From contig CATQHT010000003.1 in the NCBI GenBank assembly GCA_958296045.1, forward strand, positions 71,246-135,245: a DNA stretch of 64,000 bases. The letters are read 5' to 3'. This stretch comes from Rhodothermales bacterium (GTDB taxonomy: Bacteria > Bacteroidota > Rhodothermia > Rhodothermales > Bin80). The translations under genes were made by a program, and so were the position numbers. Below are positions 45,003 through 54,262 of this stretch, one piece after another. How positions within the stretch are numbered: the first letter of the stretch is position 1; every line of letters begins with the position of its first letter. The notes under the pieces were generated by a model that ran no database searches, had not been told where the DNA came from, and saw only the letters and a program-made list of their open reading frames with translations.

Positions 45003-48000
45003 TGTCGTTTGCTTACCTGCACACCCGCTCGCACTATTCGCTGCTGGCCGGGGGCTCTTCGCCCGTTGCACTGGTTGCCCGGGCTGCGCGTCTGGGCATG
45101 GATACGCTGGCCCTGACCGATGTCCAAGGGGTTCGGGGGGCGGTGCATTTCGCTACCGCATGCCAGGCGGTGGGCATCCGGCCGATCTATGGCGCAGAGA
45201 TACCCGTCACCGCCAAAGGTGGCTGCCTAGTGCTCCTCTGCGCCAACGCAGAAGGCTATGGAGAGCTATGCCGCCTGCTGACTACAAGCTTTGCGCGCAC
45301 GCTCACGCTGGATGATCTGCACGACACGCGCAACCTCTTCTGTCTTACAGGAGGGCGTCATGGGCTTTTGGTACAGGCGCTATCCGATGGCAGCGCGCGC
45401 AGCACGCTGGACCGCCTCAGGGCCATCTTTCGGGATCGCCTTTCGGTGGAGCTCTGGCACCACCTGCACGAAGATGATGCCGCATACCTGCGTGCGCTGC
45501 GTGAGCTGGCCGGTTCCTGCCGTGTGGCATGTGCTGTTGGCGGGGATGTCCGCTTTGCTCATCCCGCAGATTATGGCCGCTACGACCTGCTCACCTGCAT
45601 CCGGCTGGGATGCACCGTCTTCGATCATGACCCGGTGCGCCCCGCCAATGCCGAGGCATTTTTGCGTGCCCCTGCCACACTTAGCAGGCTGCTTCCCTAT
45701 CCACGCGCCTTCGATCGTGCAGCGGAGATCGCTGCCGCCTGCCATGTAAACCTTTTACCTGGCCGCCTCATCCCACCTGCTCCGCGACTGAACGATGGTA
45801 AGGCGGCGCCCAGGCTTCTGCGGCGCTTGTGTAAAGCGGGCCTAGCCCGCCGCTACCGCCGCTCCCCGCACAAAGCCGCGGCCCAAAGGCAGATGGCCCA
45901 TGAGCTGAACACCATCACCGCGCTGGTGCTGGACGACTTTTTTCTGGTTGTTCATGAGATCGTCACCGAAGCTCAGCGCCGCGGCATCCGCTATGCGGGG
46001 CGCGGCTCCGCCGCCAACTCCATCGTAGCCTACCTGTTGGGTATCACTACCGTATGTCCCATCGAGCAGAACCTGCTCTTTGAGCGATTTCTGCATCGGG
46101 GACGTCAGGGCACCCCTGACATCGATGTGGATTTTGATTCGGAGCGCCGCGAGGAGATCATCGCCTGGATGGAGAAACGCTTTGGGCCAGAACACACAGC
46201 CATGACCGCGACCGTTATTCGATACGGGTTGCGCCTAGCTATTCGGGATACCGCCAAAGCACTCGGATGGCCCGCATCCTCTCTCAACCTGCTATCTAAG
46301 GCTGTGCCGCGCCGTCGCAGCACGAAGAATATCCACGAATTTAAGGCGGATATGGCGGCTTCGGCCGGGGACTCTCCCATGCTCGATACGCTGCTGAAAG
46401 CCGTGGCTTCGCTCAACGGGGTGCCACGTCATCTGGGACTGCACAACGGGGGCATGGTGCTTGCGCGCACACCGCTATGGTCCTTCACGCCGGTGCAGCA
46501 TTCCGCCAATGGCGTGCGCATGGTCCAGTTTGACAAAGATGATGTGGAAGCACTCGGGCTGGTCAAGTTTGATGTGCTGGGGCTCCGAATGCTGGCAGCG
46601 ATTGACATGGGCAGCCGCCTGGTCGCAGCACACGACAAAGGCAAAGCCATACCCCAGAGCTGCTGGATAGATGAACTGCCGCTGGATGACGAAGCCACGT
46701 TTGAATCCATTCGCCGGGGAGACAACCTGGGTGTGTTTCAGATCGAGTCCATGGGTCAGATGCATCTGGTGGCCAGTCACCAGCCGACCTGTTTCCAGGA
46801 TCTGGTAACGCAGGTCGCCATCTTCCGCCCGGGCCCGCTGCAGGCAGGTATGGTGCATCCCTTTATTCGGAGGCGACTGGGTCAGGAGCCAGTCACCTAT
46901 GACCATCCGCTTCTAGAGCCCATCCTCAGAGATACATGCGGAGTGGTGCTGTTTCAGGAGCAGATTCTGGAAATCGCACATCAGTTCGCGGGGATGACGC
47001 TTGAGGAGGCGGACGGCTTTCGGCGGCTCATGTCAAAGTTTCGCGACCCTGGTGAGCTGATCGCCATGAAGGGGCGCTTCATAGACGGAGCCGTACGCAA
47101 CGGTGTAGCGCTCCAGGTAGCGGAGAAGGTCTTTGGTATGGTGTCTGGATACGTCGGTTACGGCTTTTGCCGCAGCCATGCAGCCGCTTTTGCACGCACG
47201 GTGTACCAGTCCGCTTACCTGAAGACGCATCATGCGGCGGCCTATTTCGCGGGGCTTCTGGAGCACCGTCCAGGCATGTATGATGTGCTGACGCTAGAGC
47301 AGGAGGCGCGGCGTTTGGGCGTCCGCATGCTGCGGGCCTGCATCCAGCGCAGCGAGGCCCGTTATGCGCTGGAGCGTGATGGGCGTGGCCTGCTGTGCAT
47401 CCGCCGTCCTTTGCGGGTCGTATCCGGTATAGTACCGGAGGATGGTGCGGAAATTGTGTGGGCTCGCCTGACAGACGGCCCTTTTCGGTCCGTGCAGGAC
47501 TTCTACAGCCGCGTAGCGCTGGACCACGACAAGATGCGTGCACTGGCTGGCAGCGGCGCCCTGGATGATGTGGCCAGCAACAGGCGAAGGGCGCTGTGGG
47601 AGGTCGGCGTGCTGTCGCACAGTCACGGCCTGCCGGGGCAGCGGGCTCCGGCAGGCCTGACCGGTTCGGAGGTCCTCAAAGAAGAGGATATGCCGACGTT
47701 GCCGCCGCTCACTGAGGCGGAGCAGCTGTCATGGAGCCTGCAGACCACCGGCACCAGCGACATGCATCCTGCGGGGGCTGCGCGCATGGAGCTTAACGCC
47801 TTGGGTGTTATGACCGTAGATGCTTTGCAGCAGCAGAAAAAGGGGCGGGTACGGGTGGCGGGGCGCGTAATTATGCGCCAGCGTCCTCCCACAGCTAAGG
47901 GGGTCATCTTCATCACGCTGGAGGATGAGACGGGCATCGTGCAGGGCATTGTGTATCCCGGGCGTGCCCAGCAGATGCAGCATGCGCTGCGCACCTCTGC

Positions 48001-48217
48001 CGTCGTACTGGCGGGACAGATACAGTCCAGGAAGCAGTGGCGCGCGCTCATCGTCGAAAGGGCTTGGCCGCTGCCAGACATCTTGGGCGGTTACAGCGGG
48101 CATCTGCAGATGGGTGGCGGACGAGACCGATTTGAAAGCCATGAAGCATCGCAAGGAGGTTATCCAGGTACGCTGCGCGGGCAACCGTCCGCACGCGTTT
48201 CGGCGACCCCGACATAA
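45002..48217 (+). CDS. dnaE2: error-prone DNA polymerase III alpha-like subunit DnaE2
   Basis: The ATG at 45002 gives MSFAYLHTRSHYSLLAGGS (PHP domain start). The Pol III alpha core is present (…GRGSAANSIVAYLLGIT…PDIDVDF…FDVLGLRML…GVFQIES…). It has an OB-fold tail, is about 1071 aa and follows imuB. Confidence 0.9.
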   Translation: MSFAYLHTRSHYSLLAGGSSPVALVARAARLGMDTLALTDVQGVRGAVHFATACQAVGIRPIYGAEIPVTAKGGCLVLLCANAEGYGELCRLLTTSFARTLTLDDLHDTRNLFCLTGGRHGLLVQALSDGSARSTLDRLRAIFRDRLSVELWHHLHEDDAAYLRALRELAGSCRVACAVGGDVRFAHPADYGRYDLLTCIRLGCTVFDHDPVRPANAEAFLRAPATLSRLLPYPRAFDRAAEIAAACHVNLLPGRLIPPAPRLNDGKAAPRLLRRLCKAGLARRYRRSPHKAAAQRQMAHELNTITALVLDDFFLVVHEIVTEAQRRGIRYAGRGSAANSIVAYLLGITTVCPIEQNLLFERFLHRGRQGTPDIDVDFDSERREEIIAWMEKRFGPEHTAMTATVIRYGLRLAIRDTAKALGWPASSLNLLSKAVPRRRSTKNIHEFKADMAASAGDSPMLDTLLKAVASLNGVPRHLGLHNGGMVLARTPLWSFTPVQHSANGVRMVQFDKDDVEALGLVKFDVLGLRMLAAIDMGSRLVAAHDKGKAIPQSCWIDELPLDDEATFESIRRGDNLGVFQIESMGQMHLVASHQPTCFQDLVTQVAIFRPGPLQAGMVHPFIRRRLGQEPVTYDHPLLEPILRDTCGVVLFQEQILEIAHQFAGMTLEEADGFRRLMSKFRDPGELIAMKGRFIDGAVRNGVALQVAEKVFGMVSGYVGYGFCRSHAAAFARTVYQSAYLKTHHAAAYFAGLLEHRPGMYDVLTLEQEARRLGVRMLRACIQRSEARYALERDGRGLLCIRRPLRVVSGIVPEDGAEIVWARLTDGPFRSVQDFYSRVALDHDKMRALAGSGALDDVASNRRRALWEVGVLSHSHGLPGQRAPAGLTGSEVLKEEDMPTLPPLTEAEQLSWSLQTTGTSDMHPAGAARMELNALGVMTVDALQQQKKGRVRVAGRVIMRQRPPTAKGVIFITLEDETGIVQGIVYPGRAQQMQHALRTSAVVLAGQIQSRKQWRALIVERAWPLPDILGGYSGHLQMGGGRDRFESHEASQGGYPGTLRGQPSARVSATPT

Positions 48218-48377
48218 AGCCTGTGTCATAGAACGACTGTTGCGTGTATGGGTCGTTCAGACCGGCTGGTGGGCGCAGGAGATACGTCGCACCTATTACG
48301 AGGTGGTGGCGACCGGCGGGGTCTATCTTATCTGCCGTACCGGCGATGAGTGGCAATTGCTTGGCCTCTATGACTGA
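48141..48377 (+). CDS. small DUF6504-like protein overlapping the dnaE2 3' end
   Basis: 78 aa from the ATG at 48141: MKHRKEVIQVRCAGNRPHAFRRPRHKACVIERLLRVWVVQTGWWAQEIRRTYYEVVATGGVYLICRTGDEWQLLGLYD. The pattern P.aF.w.g..h.V…W…GWW…..YY.V….G.vy.l.r…..W.L.g.yD matches my memory of DUF6504 / the ImuB C-terminal module. It overlaps dnaE2 by 77 nt in another frame. Confidence 0.5.
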   Translation: MKHRKEVIQVRCAGNRPHAFRRPRHKACVIERLLRVWVVQTGWWAQEIRRTYYEVVATGGVYLICRTGDEWQLLGLYD

Positions 48378-48610
48378 CTTTGCGGGCCCGGACTTCGCAG
48401 CGAGACACCCTATCTGATCCCTTTCTGCCTCCGTGGTATGTCCTACGCCCTTATAGGCGGCCGTAGTACACCCAAGGCAAAGTGCTTGCGCGATGCTTTC
48501 TGCCCGTCATATCGTTGCAATACTGGAAGGTGACCCGATCCCCTCTGTGCATATCTTGGGTGGTACGACTCGTGACTTCGGTTAGTGTATCCTACGCAGC
48601 GCGCGTATTC

Positions 48611-48684
48611 TGAGAATTAGTTTCCAGCGATGTCGACAAGTTGTTTCCGATGATTCCGACCAAATAGTTTCCATGTGGCGATAA
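48611..48684 (+). repeat. probable transposon/IS left end with three subterminal direct repeats
   Basis: It starts TGAGAAT. T(A/T)GTTTCC cores lie at 48618, 48641 and 48665 (23-24 bp spacing): tagtttccagcgatgtcgac / ttgtttccgatgattccgac / tagtttccatgtggcgataa. It sits directly upstream of the OrfA-like fragment. Confidence 0.35.
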
Positions 48685-48723
48685 TTTCGGGGCAATGGTA
48701 TCCGGCGTATCCTGTCGGCGGGG

Positions 48724-48921
48724 ATGGGTTACGGGGCTAGTTTTGGGTTTGTGTTCGCTGATAAGCTTCGCATCCTCGATGAGGCGGAGGCCTATGAGGC
48801 CAAGACCGCGCTGGGCGCGCTGCTGCTAAGGGAGGGTCTTTACTCGTCCCACCATAGTAGCTGGTGCAGGCAGGGGGCTCACGGCCGGTTGACTACAGGG
48901 GCGCGGAGCCAAAAGAATTTT
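48724..48921 (+). pseudogene. IS3-like transposase OrfA fragment, truncated by ISL3
   Basis: …FADKLRILDEAEAYEAKTALGALLLREGLYSSHHSSWCRQGAHGRL… The motif LRREGLYSSH..W.rQ is typical of IS3-family OrfA proteins. The frame is cut at the ISL3 IR (48922). Confidence 0.45.
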
Positions 48922-50327
48922 GGCTCTTCCCCTCGTTTAGTGGGTGAGCTCACCTGCGGACGCTTTCGGGGTATAGATCCAGGCCTCCGAGGTGAAAGTA
49001 AATGGCGTTGGCAAATCGCCGTTTGTTGCGGAAGCCCCTACAGCGCACTTTGATTGTTTTGATCCGGCTGTTGATGCTTTCCGCAGGGCCATTGCTCACC
49101 TTCAGTCTGATCGCATTGAGGATACCCCATAGGTGATTCTTGATGGTCCTGGCGGCTGCTTCTACCGGTTTGAGCCGACACCGCGTGGCCCACGTCAACC
49201 ATCGCTCCCACCCCTCAGGCGCCCAGGGGCGGTGGACACGGTGCCACAACTGCATAGCCGCTTCCTTGATGGCCCACGCGCGGGCCGTCTTCAGCGTGCT
49301 GGTACGCAACTGCTCGAAGCGCGCCTTCCGCTTGGCAGACTTGTTGACCGAGTGAGTCAACCAATCATACTTGGTTCCCTTAAGGTCGTCGCGGCCTTCC
49401 TTCATCAATGCCCAGTGCTCCTGGCGCCGAACCTTATGTACGGCAGTTCCCAGGCTCTTCACTACGTGAAACTTGTCAAAGGCCACCTTCCGCTGCGCCT
49501 CTGGTACATGCTGCAGCGTGGCGTTGATGTAGGCTGGCCACATGTCCATGCTAACACTCTCGATCCCCTCCAGCTGCTCCACAGTGAGTCCAGCATACCA
49601 TTGCGAAAGTGTTTCTTTCTTACGGTCTTCGCCCACATGCAGCACCGTACCCGCCTTTGCATCCGAAACAATGGTGACATTCGTGTGGCGCTTGCGAAAA
49701 GAAGGCTCATCCGTGCCAATATGGGCCACATCGGATTCCTCTCTGCGCGCAAGACCGCGTTGCACCGCACGCTGCATGATCCCGTCTATCGCATTCCAAC
49801 TCACCTTCATCAGACGAGATACCGCCGATATGCTCGCCTCCTGCAGCCAATCAATCACCAGCGCCTCAAGCTCCGCCGTATACCGTGACATAGGCTCCGC
49901 CCACGGAACCGACACGGTGCGCACTCCATGCTCTGAACACGCCACGCGGGGAAGTAGCGCAACCACCATAGTGCGATACCCGCACAGATCCAAGTGACGC
50001 CATTGCCGAGGACGGCGATCATAGCCCGGAGACGGTGAGCCGCACTCTGGACAAGGAAGCTGATGGCCGTCCTCGTAGGATACATGGATCCACGCTTCTC
50101 GCTCCTCATGCGCAAAGGTTACGTCGGAAACCTCCCAGGGAGCACGGATGCCCAACAGGTAAGCGATATTTTTCTTCAACTGCGACATAGTGTTGATGGG
50201 GTTGGAGTACATGGGTGCCATTGCGATGGTGGCCTAGAAACAAGCCAGAAACAACAATAAATCCGCATCGCCTCAAATCGGTTCCCGATGGTTATAACAT
50301 CGGGCCCATCCGATTAGGGGAAGAGCC
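48922..50327 (-). mobile_element. ISL3-family insertion sequence, 1406 bp
   Basis: The IRs are ggctcttcccctcgtttagtggg (48922-) and the reverse complement of …cccatccgattaggggaagagcc (-50327), with the first 12 nt identical. It has a single transposase gene. The flanks (agaatttt / ctttttca) are not a TSD, so at least one flank has been rearranged. Confidence 0.85.
48950..50221 (-). CDS. ISL3-family transposase
   Basis: 423 aa with an N-terminal zinc finger (PCPECGSPSPGYDRRPRQWRHLDLCGYRTMVVALLPRVACSEHG) and a DDE_Tnp_ISL3 core (…DEPSFRKRHTNVTIVSD…VSMDMWPAYI…NGPAESINSRIKTIK). Confidence 0.9.
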   Translation of the reverse strand: MAPMYSNPINTMSQLKKNIAYLLGIRAPWEVSDVTFAHEEREAWIHVSYEDGHQLPCPECGSPSPGYDRRPRQWRHLDLCGYRTMVVALLPRVACSEHGVRTVSVPWAEPMSRYTAELEALVIDWLQEASISAVSRLMKVSWNAIDGIMQRAVQRGLARREESDVAHIGTDEPSFRKRHTNVTIVSDAKAGTVLHVGEDRKKETLSQWYAGLTVEQLEGIESVSMDMWPAYINATLQHVPEAQRKVAFDKFHVVKSLGTAVHKVRRQEHWALMKEGRDDLKGTKYDWLTHSVNKSAKRKARFEQLRTSTLKTARAWAIKEAAMQLWHRVHRPWAPEGWERWLTWATRCRLKPVEAAARTIKNHLWGILNAIRLKVSNGPAESINSRIKTIKVRCRGFRNKRRFANAIYFHLGGLDLYPESVRR

Positions 50328-50497
50328 CTTTTTCATTGACATGGACCGTATAGGCCCCCTCTTAGTTGAAAAGTAACGCACTCAGGTGTTCAGCGACAAT
50401 TAGAATTGCGGTTGGCGACAACTAGAATTGCGGGGGAAGGAATCGGTGAGATGCGTATCTACGGGCAGGATTGTTCACCTGTCAACACGCATTCATT

Positions 50498-51985
50498 ATG
50501 GTTACCGATCAGCAAGTCAAGCTCCTGTTCAAGCTCGTTAACGGGAAAAAGAGGGCACGGTCAACGGCTGCGGCGAAGGCTGGTATGTCTGAGAACACCG
50601 CACGCAAGTACCTGCGTGCGGGCAAACTGCCGAGTGAGATGAAGACCGAGCGAACGTATCGCACGCGTCCCGACGCGTTTGCGGAAGTATGGGGCGAAAT
50701 ACTGCCCTATTTGGAGGAGAACCCCGGGCTGGAGGTCAAGGCTGTGTTCGAGCACTTGCAGCGTCGCCACCCTGGCCAGTTTCAGTCGAGTCAGCTGCGC
50801 ACATTGCAGCGGCGTGTGAAGCGGTGGCGAGCCGAAGCGGGTCCTGGGAAGGAGGTCTTCTTTGACCAGGCATACGAACCTGGTGAGCGGGCGCAGTCGG
50901 ACTTCACCTGCATGAACAAGCTGGGCGTGACCATCCAAGGCCAGCCGTTTAAGCATATGCTGTTCCACTTCGTTTTGCCCTACTCCAACTGGGAGGCGGG
51001 TACGATCTGCAAGTCTGAGAGCTTTGAGGCGCTAAGTGCGGGGCTGCAGAATGCGCTCACGCAGCTGGGTGGTGTGCCCCGGCTGCACCAGACCGACTCT
51101 ATGAGCTGTGCGGTACGCAATCTAAAGCGTACCGAGAAGGAGGGAGCCCCCTTTACAGACCGATATGGTGCTCTGATGCGGCATTACGGGATGGAGGCGC
51201 AGCACACGCAGCCACGGCGCCCCAACGAGAACGGGAAGATTGAGCAGAGTCACTTTCGGCTCAAGCGCGCGATCGGTAACCAGCTCGCCTTGCGGGGCAG
51301 TTCGGACTTTGAAAGCAGGCAAGAATATGAGGCATTTCTGGCCAAGGTGTTTGCGGGGCGCAATGCTAATCGAGAGGCCCGTCTCAAAGAGGATCAGGCC
51401 AAGCTGCGCTCGTTACCCGAGCGGCGCCTGAACAGCTATCAGCGCAGACGTATGCGCGTGAGCAAGGGCGGGTTGGTCCGCGTGAAGAAGAACTGGTATT
51501 CGGTTAATAGTCGGCTGATCGGGGAGCTGGTGGATGTACGGATTTATGCGGAGCGGATCGAGGTGTGGTATGCGCAGCGGCGCGTGACGCACATGCCACG
51601 GCTCCACGGCACAGGTAAGGCTCGGGTCGAATACCGCCATGTGATTGACATGCTGGTGCGCAAGCCTGGAGCCTTTGCTCATTATCGGTACAAGGCCGAT
51701 CTATTTCCGTCTCATACGTTTCGCATGGCGTATGACGAGCTAAAGCGTGTCCACTCGAGCTCGCTTGCGGCCGACAAGCAATACCTGCGCGTGCTGCATC
51801 TGGCGGCCAAAGAGAGCGAAGCCGCCGTATCTGCTGCGCTTAGCCAGTTGCTCAATAGTACGCAGCCGCTTACGCTCGTTTCGGTAAAGACGCTCATGAA
51901 TCAAGAGATTGAGGAGCCATCGGTGCAGGTTTGTGCGGTGGATCTGAGCGCCTATAATAGCCTGTTACACCACGAAGCGCAATGA
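50498..51985 (+). CDS. istA: IS21-family transposase IstA
   Basis: The ATG at 50498 gives MVTDQQVKLLFKLV… It has an HTH and an rve core (…SDFTCMNKLGVTIQGQPFKHMLFHFVLPYSNWE…HQTDSMSCAV…). The track start at 50471 is a TTG. Confidence 0.9.
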   Translation: MVTDQQVKLLFKLVNGKKRARSTAAAKAGMSENTARKYLRAGKLPSEMKTERTYRTRPDAFAEVWGEILPYLEENPGLEVKAVFEHLQRRHPGQFQSSQLRTLQRRVKRWRAEAGPGKEVFFDQAYEPGERAQSDFTCMNKLGVTIQGQPFKHMLFHFVLPYSNWEAGTICKSESFEALSAGLQNALTQLGGVPRLHQTDSMSCAVRNLKRTEKEGAPFTDRYGALMRHYGMEAQHTQPRRPNENGKIEQSHFRLKRAIGNQLALRGSSDFESRQEYEAFLAKVFAGRNANREARLKEDQAKLRSLPERRLNSYQRRRMRVSKGGLVRVKKNWYSVNSRLIGELVDVRIYAERIEVWYAQRRVTHMPRLHGTGKARVEYRHVIDMLVRKPGAFAHYRYKADLFPSHTFRMAYDELKRVHSSSLAADKQYLRVLHLAAKESEAAVSAALSQLLNSTQPLTLVSVKTLMNQEIEEPSVQVCAVDLSAYNSLLHHEAQ

Positions 51986-52782
51986 AGACACTGACCACCG
52001 CGCAGCTGGACCGTGCGCTGCGTGCAGGCTTGAAGGAGCTTCGTTTGCCGAGTATGCGCGACGGCTACCGGGATAGGGCGGACTTGGCTCGACGAGAGTC
52101 TTTGAGCTTTGAACGGTTCTTGTGGGAACTGGTCGAGACGGAGGTGCACACCCGCCGCAACAACCGGATACAGCGCTGGCTCCGGGAATCCGGGCTACCA
52201 CTGGAGAAAACCATGGACACGTTTGACCGGGGTCGGCTGCCAGTTCGAATCGATCACCATGTGAGCGTGCTCCTAGAAGGTGGCTTTCTGGATCGCAAGG
52301 AGAATGTGCTGGCCTTCGGTCCTCCAGGCAGCGGAAAGACCCATTTGCTGTGTGCGCTGGGCCGGGAGCTCATCTTTCAGCACCGCCGCGTGAAGTTTTA
52401 TCGCTGCGGCATGCTCGTCCAGCAACTACTCGCCGCTAAGCGCGACCTGCGATTACCGCAGATGCTGAAGCGCCTGAGGCGATACGAGGCGCTGATCCTG
52501 GACGACATCGGCTACGTACAACACAGCCGCGAAGAGATGGAGGTCTTGTTCCACTTGCTGGCCGAACGCTACGAACGCGGCAGCATCCTGATTACCAGCA
52601 ATCTCGCCTTCAGCCACTGGGAAAGCATCTTCAAGGATCCGATGACCACCGCCGCTGCCATAGATCGCATCGTGCATCACAGCGTGATCCTGGAGCTCAA
52701 CCTGCCCAGCTATCGACTGGAAGCATCCAGGCAGCGGCAACAAGCCCAGCATAAACCTAGCATTAACACAGCAGCCCCTTAG
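51982..52782 (+). CDS. istB: IS21-family ATP-binding helper IstB
   Basis: 266 aa with Walker A GPPGSGKTHLL, Walker B ALILDDIGY and the C-terminal AAIDRIVHHS. Confidence 0.9.
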   Translation: MKTLTTAQLDRALRAGLKELRLPSMRDGYRDRADLARRESLSFERFLWELVETEVHTRRNNRIQRWLRESGLPLEKTMDTFDRGRLPVRIDHHVSVLLEGGFLDRKENVLAFGPPGSGKTHLLCALGRELIFQHRRVKFYRCGMLVQQLLAAKRDLRLPQMLKRLRRYEALILDDIGYVQHSREEMEVLFHLLAERYERGSILITSNLAFSHWESIFKDPMTTAAAIDRIVHHSVILELNLPSYRLEASRQRQQAQHKPSINTAAP

Positions 52783-53645
52783 CGGTTCCATGGAGCCGTC
52801 GCGAGCGCTTAGCCGTCGCGGCGGGCTCTGCCCTTACCTAGTGCTAATCCAGATGAGATACTCACACCCAATAGTGGATCTGAGCGCTTATGACGGTCCG
52901 CAGCGTCCATGGAACAGGTTGATCGCGATACCGCCGAGCAGAAAGGTCGGTTCACCGGGAGTCTGTCCGGTGTCTCCGAGCTGTTCAGGCCGTCTGCCGA
53001 AGCATCGGGTCAACAAGCAGCGGAATTGCGGATTCCCGCGTCAACATGCCCAGCAAAATCCTTTGAGAACGCAGCAGCTCCTTAGTGGTTCCATGGAGCC
53101 GTCGCGAGCGGCTAGCGGTCGCAGCGGGTCTGCCCTTACCTAGTGCTGATCCAGATGAGATACTCGCACCCAATAGTGGATCTGAGCGCCTATGACGGCC
53201 TACAGCGTCCATGGAACAGGTTGATCGCGATACCGCCGAGCCGAAAGGCCGGTTCACCGGGAGTTTGTCCGACGTCTCCGAGCTGTTCATGCCGTCTGCC
53301 GAAGCATCGGGTCAACAAGCAGCGGAATTGCGGAGTCCCGCGTCAACATGACCAGCAAAATCTCCTGAAAACGCAGCGGCTCCTTAGTGGTTCCATGGGG
53401 TCGTCGCGAGCGGCTAGCGGTCGCAGCGGGTCTGCCCTTACCTAGTGCTGATCCAGATGAGATACTCGCACCCAATAGTGGATCTGAGCGCCTATGACGG
53501 CCTGCAGCGTCCATGGAACAGGTTGATCGCGATACCGCCGAGCATACAGCTTCGTTCACCGGGAGTCTGTCCGGTGTCTTCGAGCTGTTCATGCCGTCTG
53601 CCGAAGCATCGGGTCAATAAGCTGCGGAATTGTGGATTCCCGCTG
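52766..53645 (+). repeat. tandem array, about 2.9 copies of a 302/303-bp unit, inside the IS21 element
   Basis: The landmark cc-ttag-(c/t)ggttccatgg recurs at 52779, 53082 and 53384. Three near-identical track ORFs cover it (MLIQMRYSHPIVDLSAYDG.QRPWNRLIAIPPS…RLPKHRVNKQRNCG.P…). Each unit ends with istB-like pieces: RLPKHRVNKQRNCGFP resembles IstB TRRNNRIQRWLRESGLP, and RQHAQQNPLRTQQLL-stop resembles IstB RQRQQAQHKPSINTAAP-stop. Confidence 0.85.
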
Positions 53646-53825
53646 GAGAAGATCTCGGGGGTCTGTGATCAAACGCGGCCGCCCACTCGCATCCATCATG
53701 ACCTGAGCGTGTACTTGGAAGGCGGCTGCCGGGACCAGGGAGCACACAGGACCCCCTTCAGTCCACCGAACAGCGGTGAGAGGTCCTTGCTGTGTTCTGG
53801 GTTGCACGGTTCCGGATCGCCGTAT
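53626..53825 (+). pseudogene. degenerate second istB copy (through a destroyed Walker A)
   Basis: FPLEKISGVCDQTRPPTRIHHDLSVYLEGGCRDQGAHRTPFSPPNSGERSLLCSGL is colinear with IstB LPLEKTMDTFDRGRLPVRIDHHVSVLLEGGFLDRKENVLAFGPPGSGKTHLLCALG. The similarity fades after about 53825. Confidence 0.5.
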
Positions 53826-54220
53826 GATGCTCAGGGACACGTGAGAAAGGCGCTTACGACGGTCTCAGCCCGGACACCCTGGTACGCCTCCAGCACAGGC
53901 GAGAGCGCACCGAGGGCCTGTACGATGGCTACAGAGACCGCACGAAAGCGATCTCGCGAGGAAACGGTATCGACCAAACGGGGCAGCCTACGAACCACCC
54001 GCCCCGTTGCCTTCAGCCAGCCGGAAACCAACGGCACGCCTATGGTGGGGGTGACGGCCGCCCTAAACAGGCTCCAGCAGCACTACCACAGCGGATGACT
54101 GGAAGCCTCCAACCAACGCCAATCAAACAAGGAAATACCTGAATCATATGTCTCCCATACAGCAGTATCTTTACCCCGAACGAACGAGGTACGGACCACT
54201 GAACGCCTACGAAATCGGAC

Positions 54221-54262
54221 AGACTCCCCGGCTTCGCAGCTCGCTGCTCCGCCGGGGAGTCT
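54221..54262. other. 12-bp perfect stem hairpin just inside the IS21 right end
   Basis: agactccccggc (54221-54232) pairs with gccggggagtct (54251-54262) across an 18-nt loop. No U-tract follows. Its function is unknown; it may act as a transcriptional insulator at the IS end. Confidence 0.3.

Noticed and set aside
52766-53645. Tandem repeats considered as CRISPR or a minisatellite
   Set aside because: The unit is about 302 bp with no unique spacers, and it contains istB-derived sequence. I report it as an IS-internal tandem array instead.
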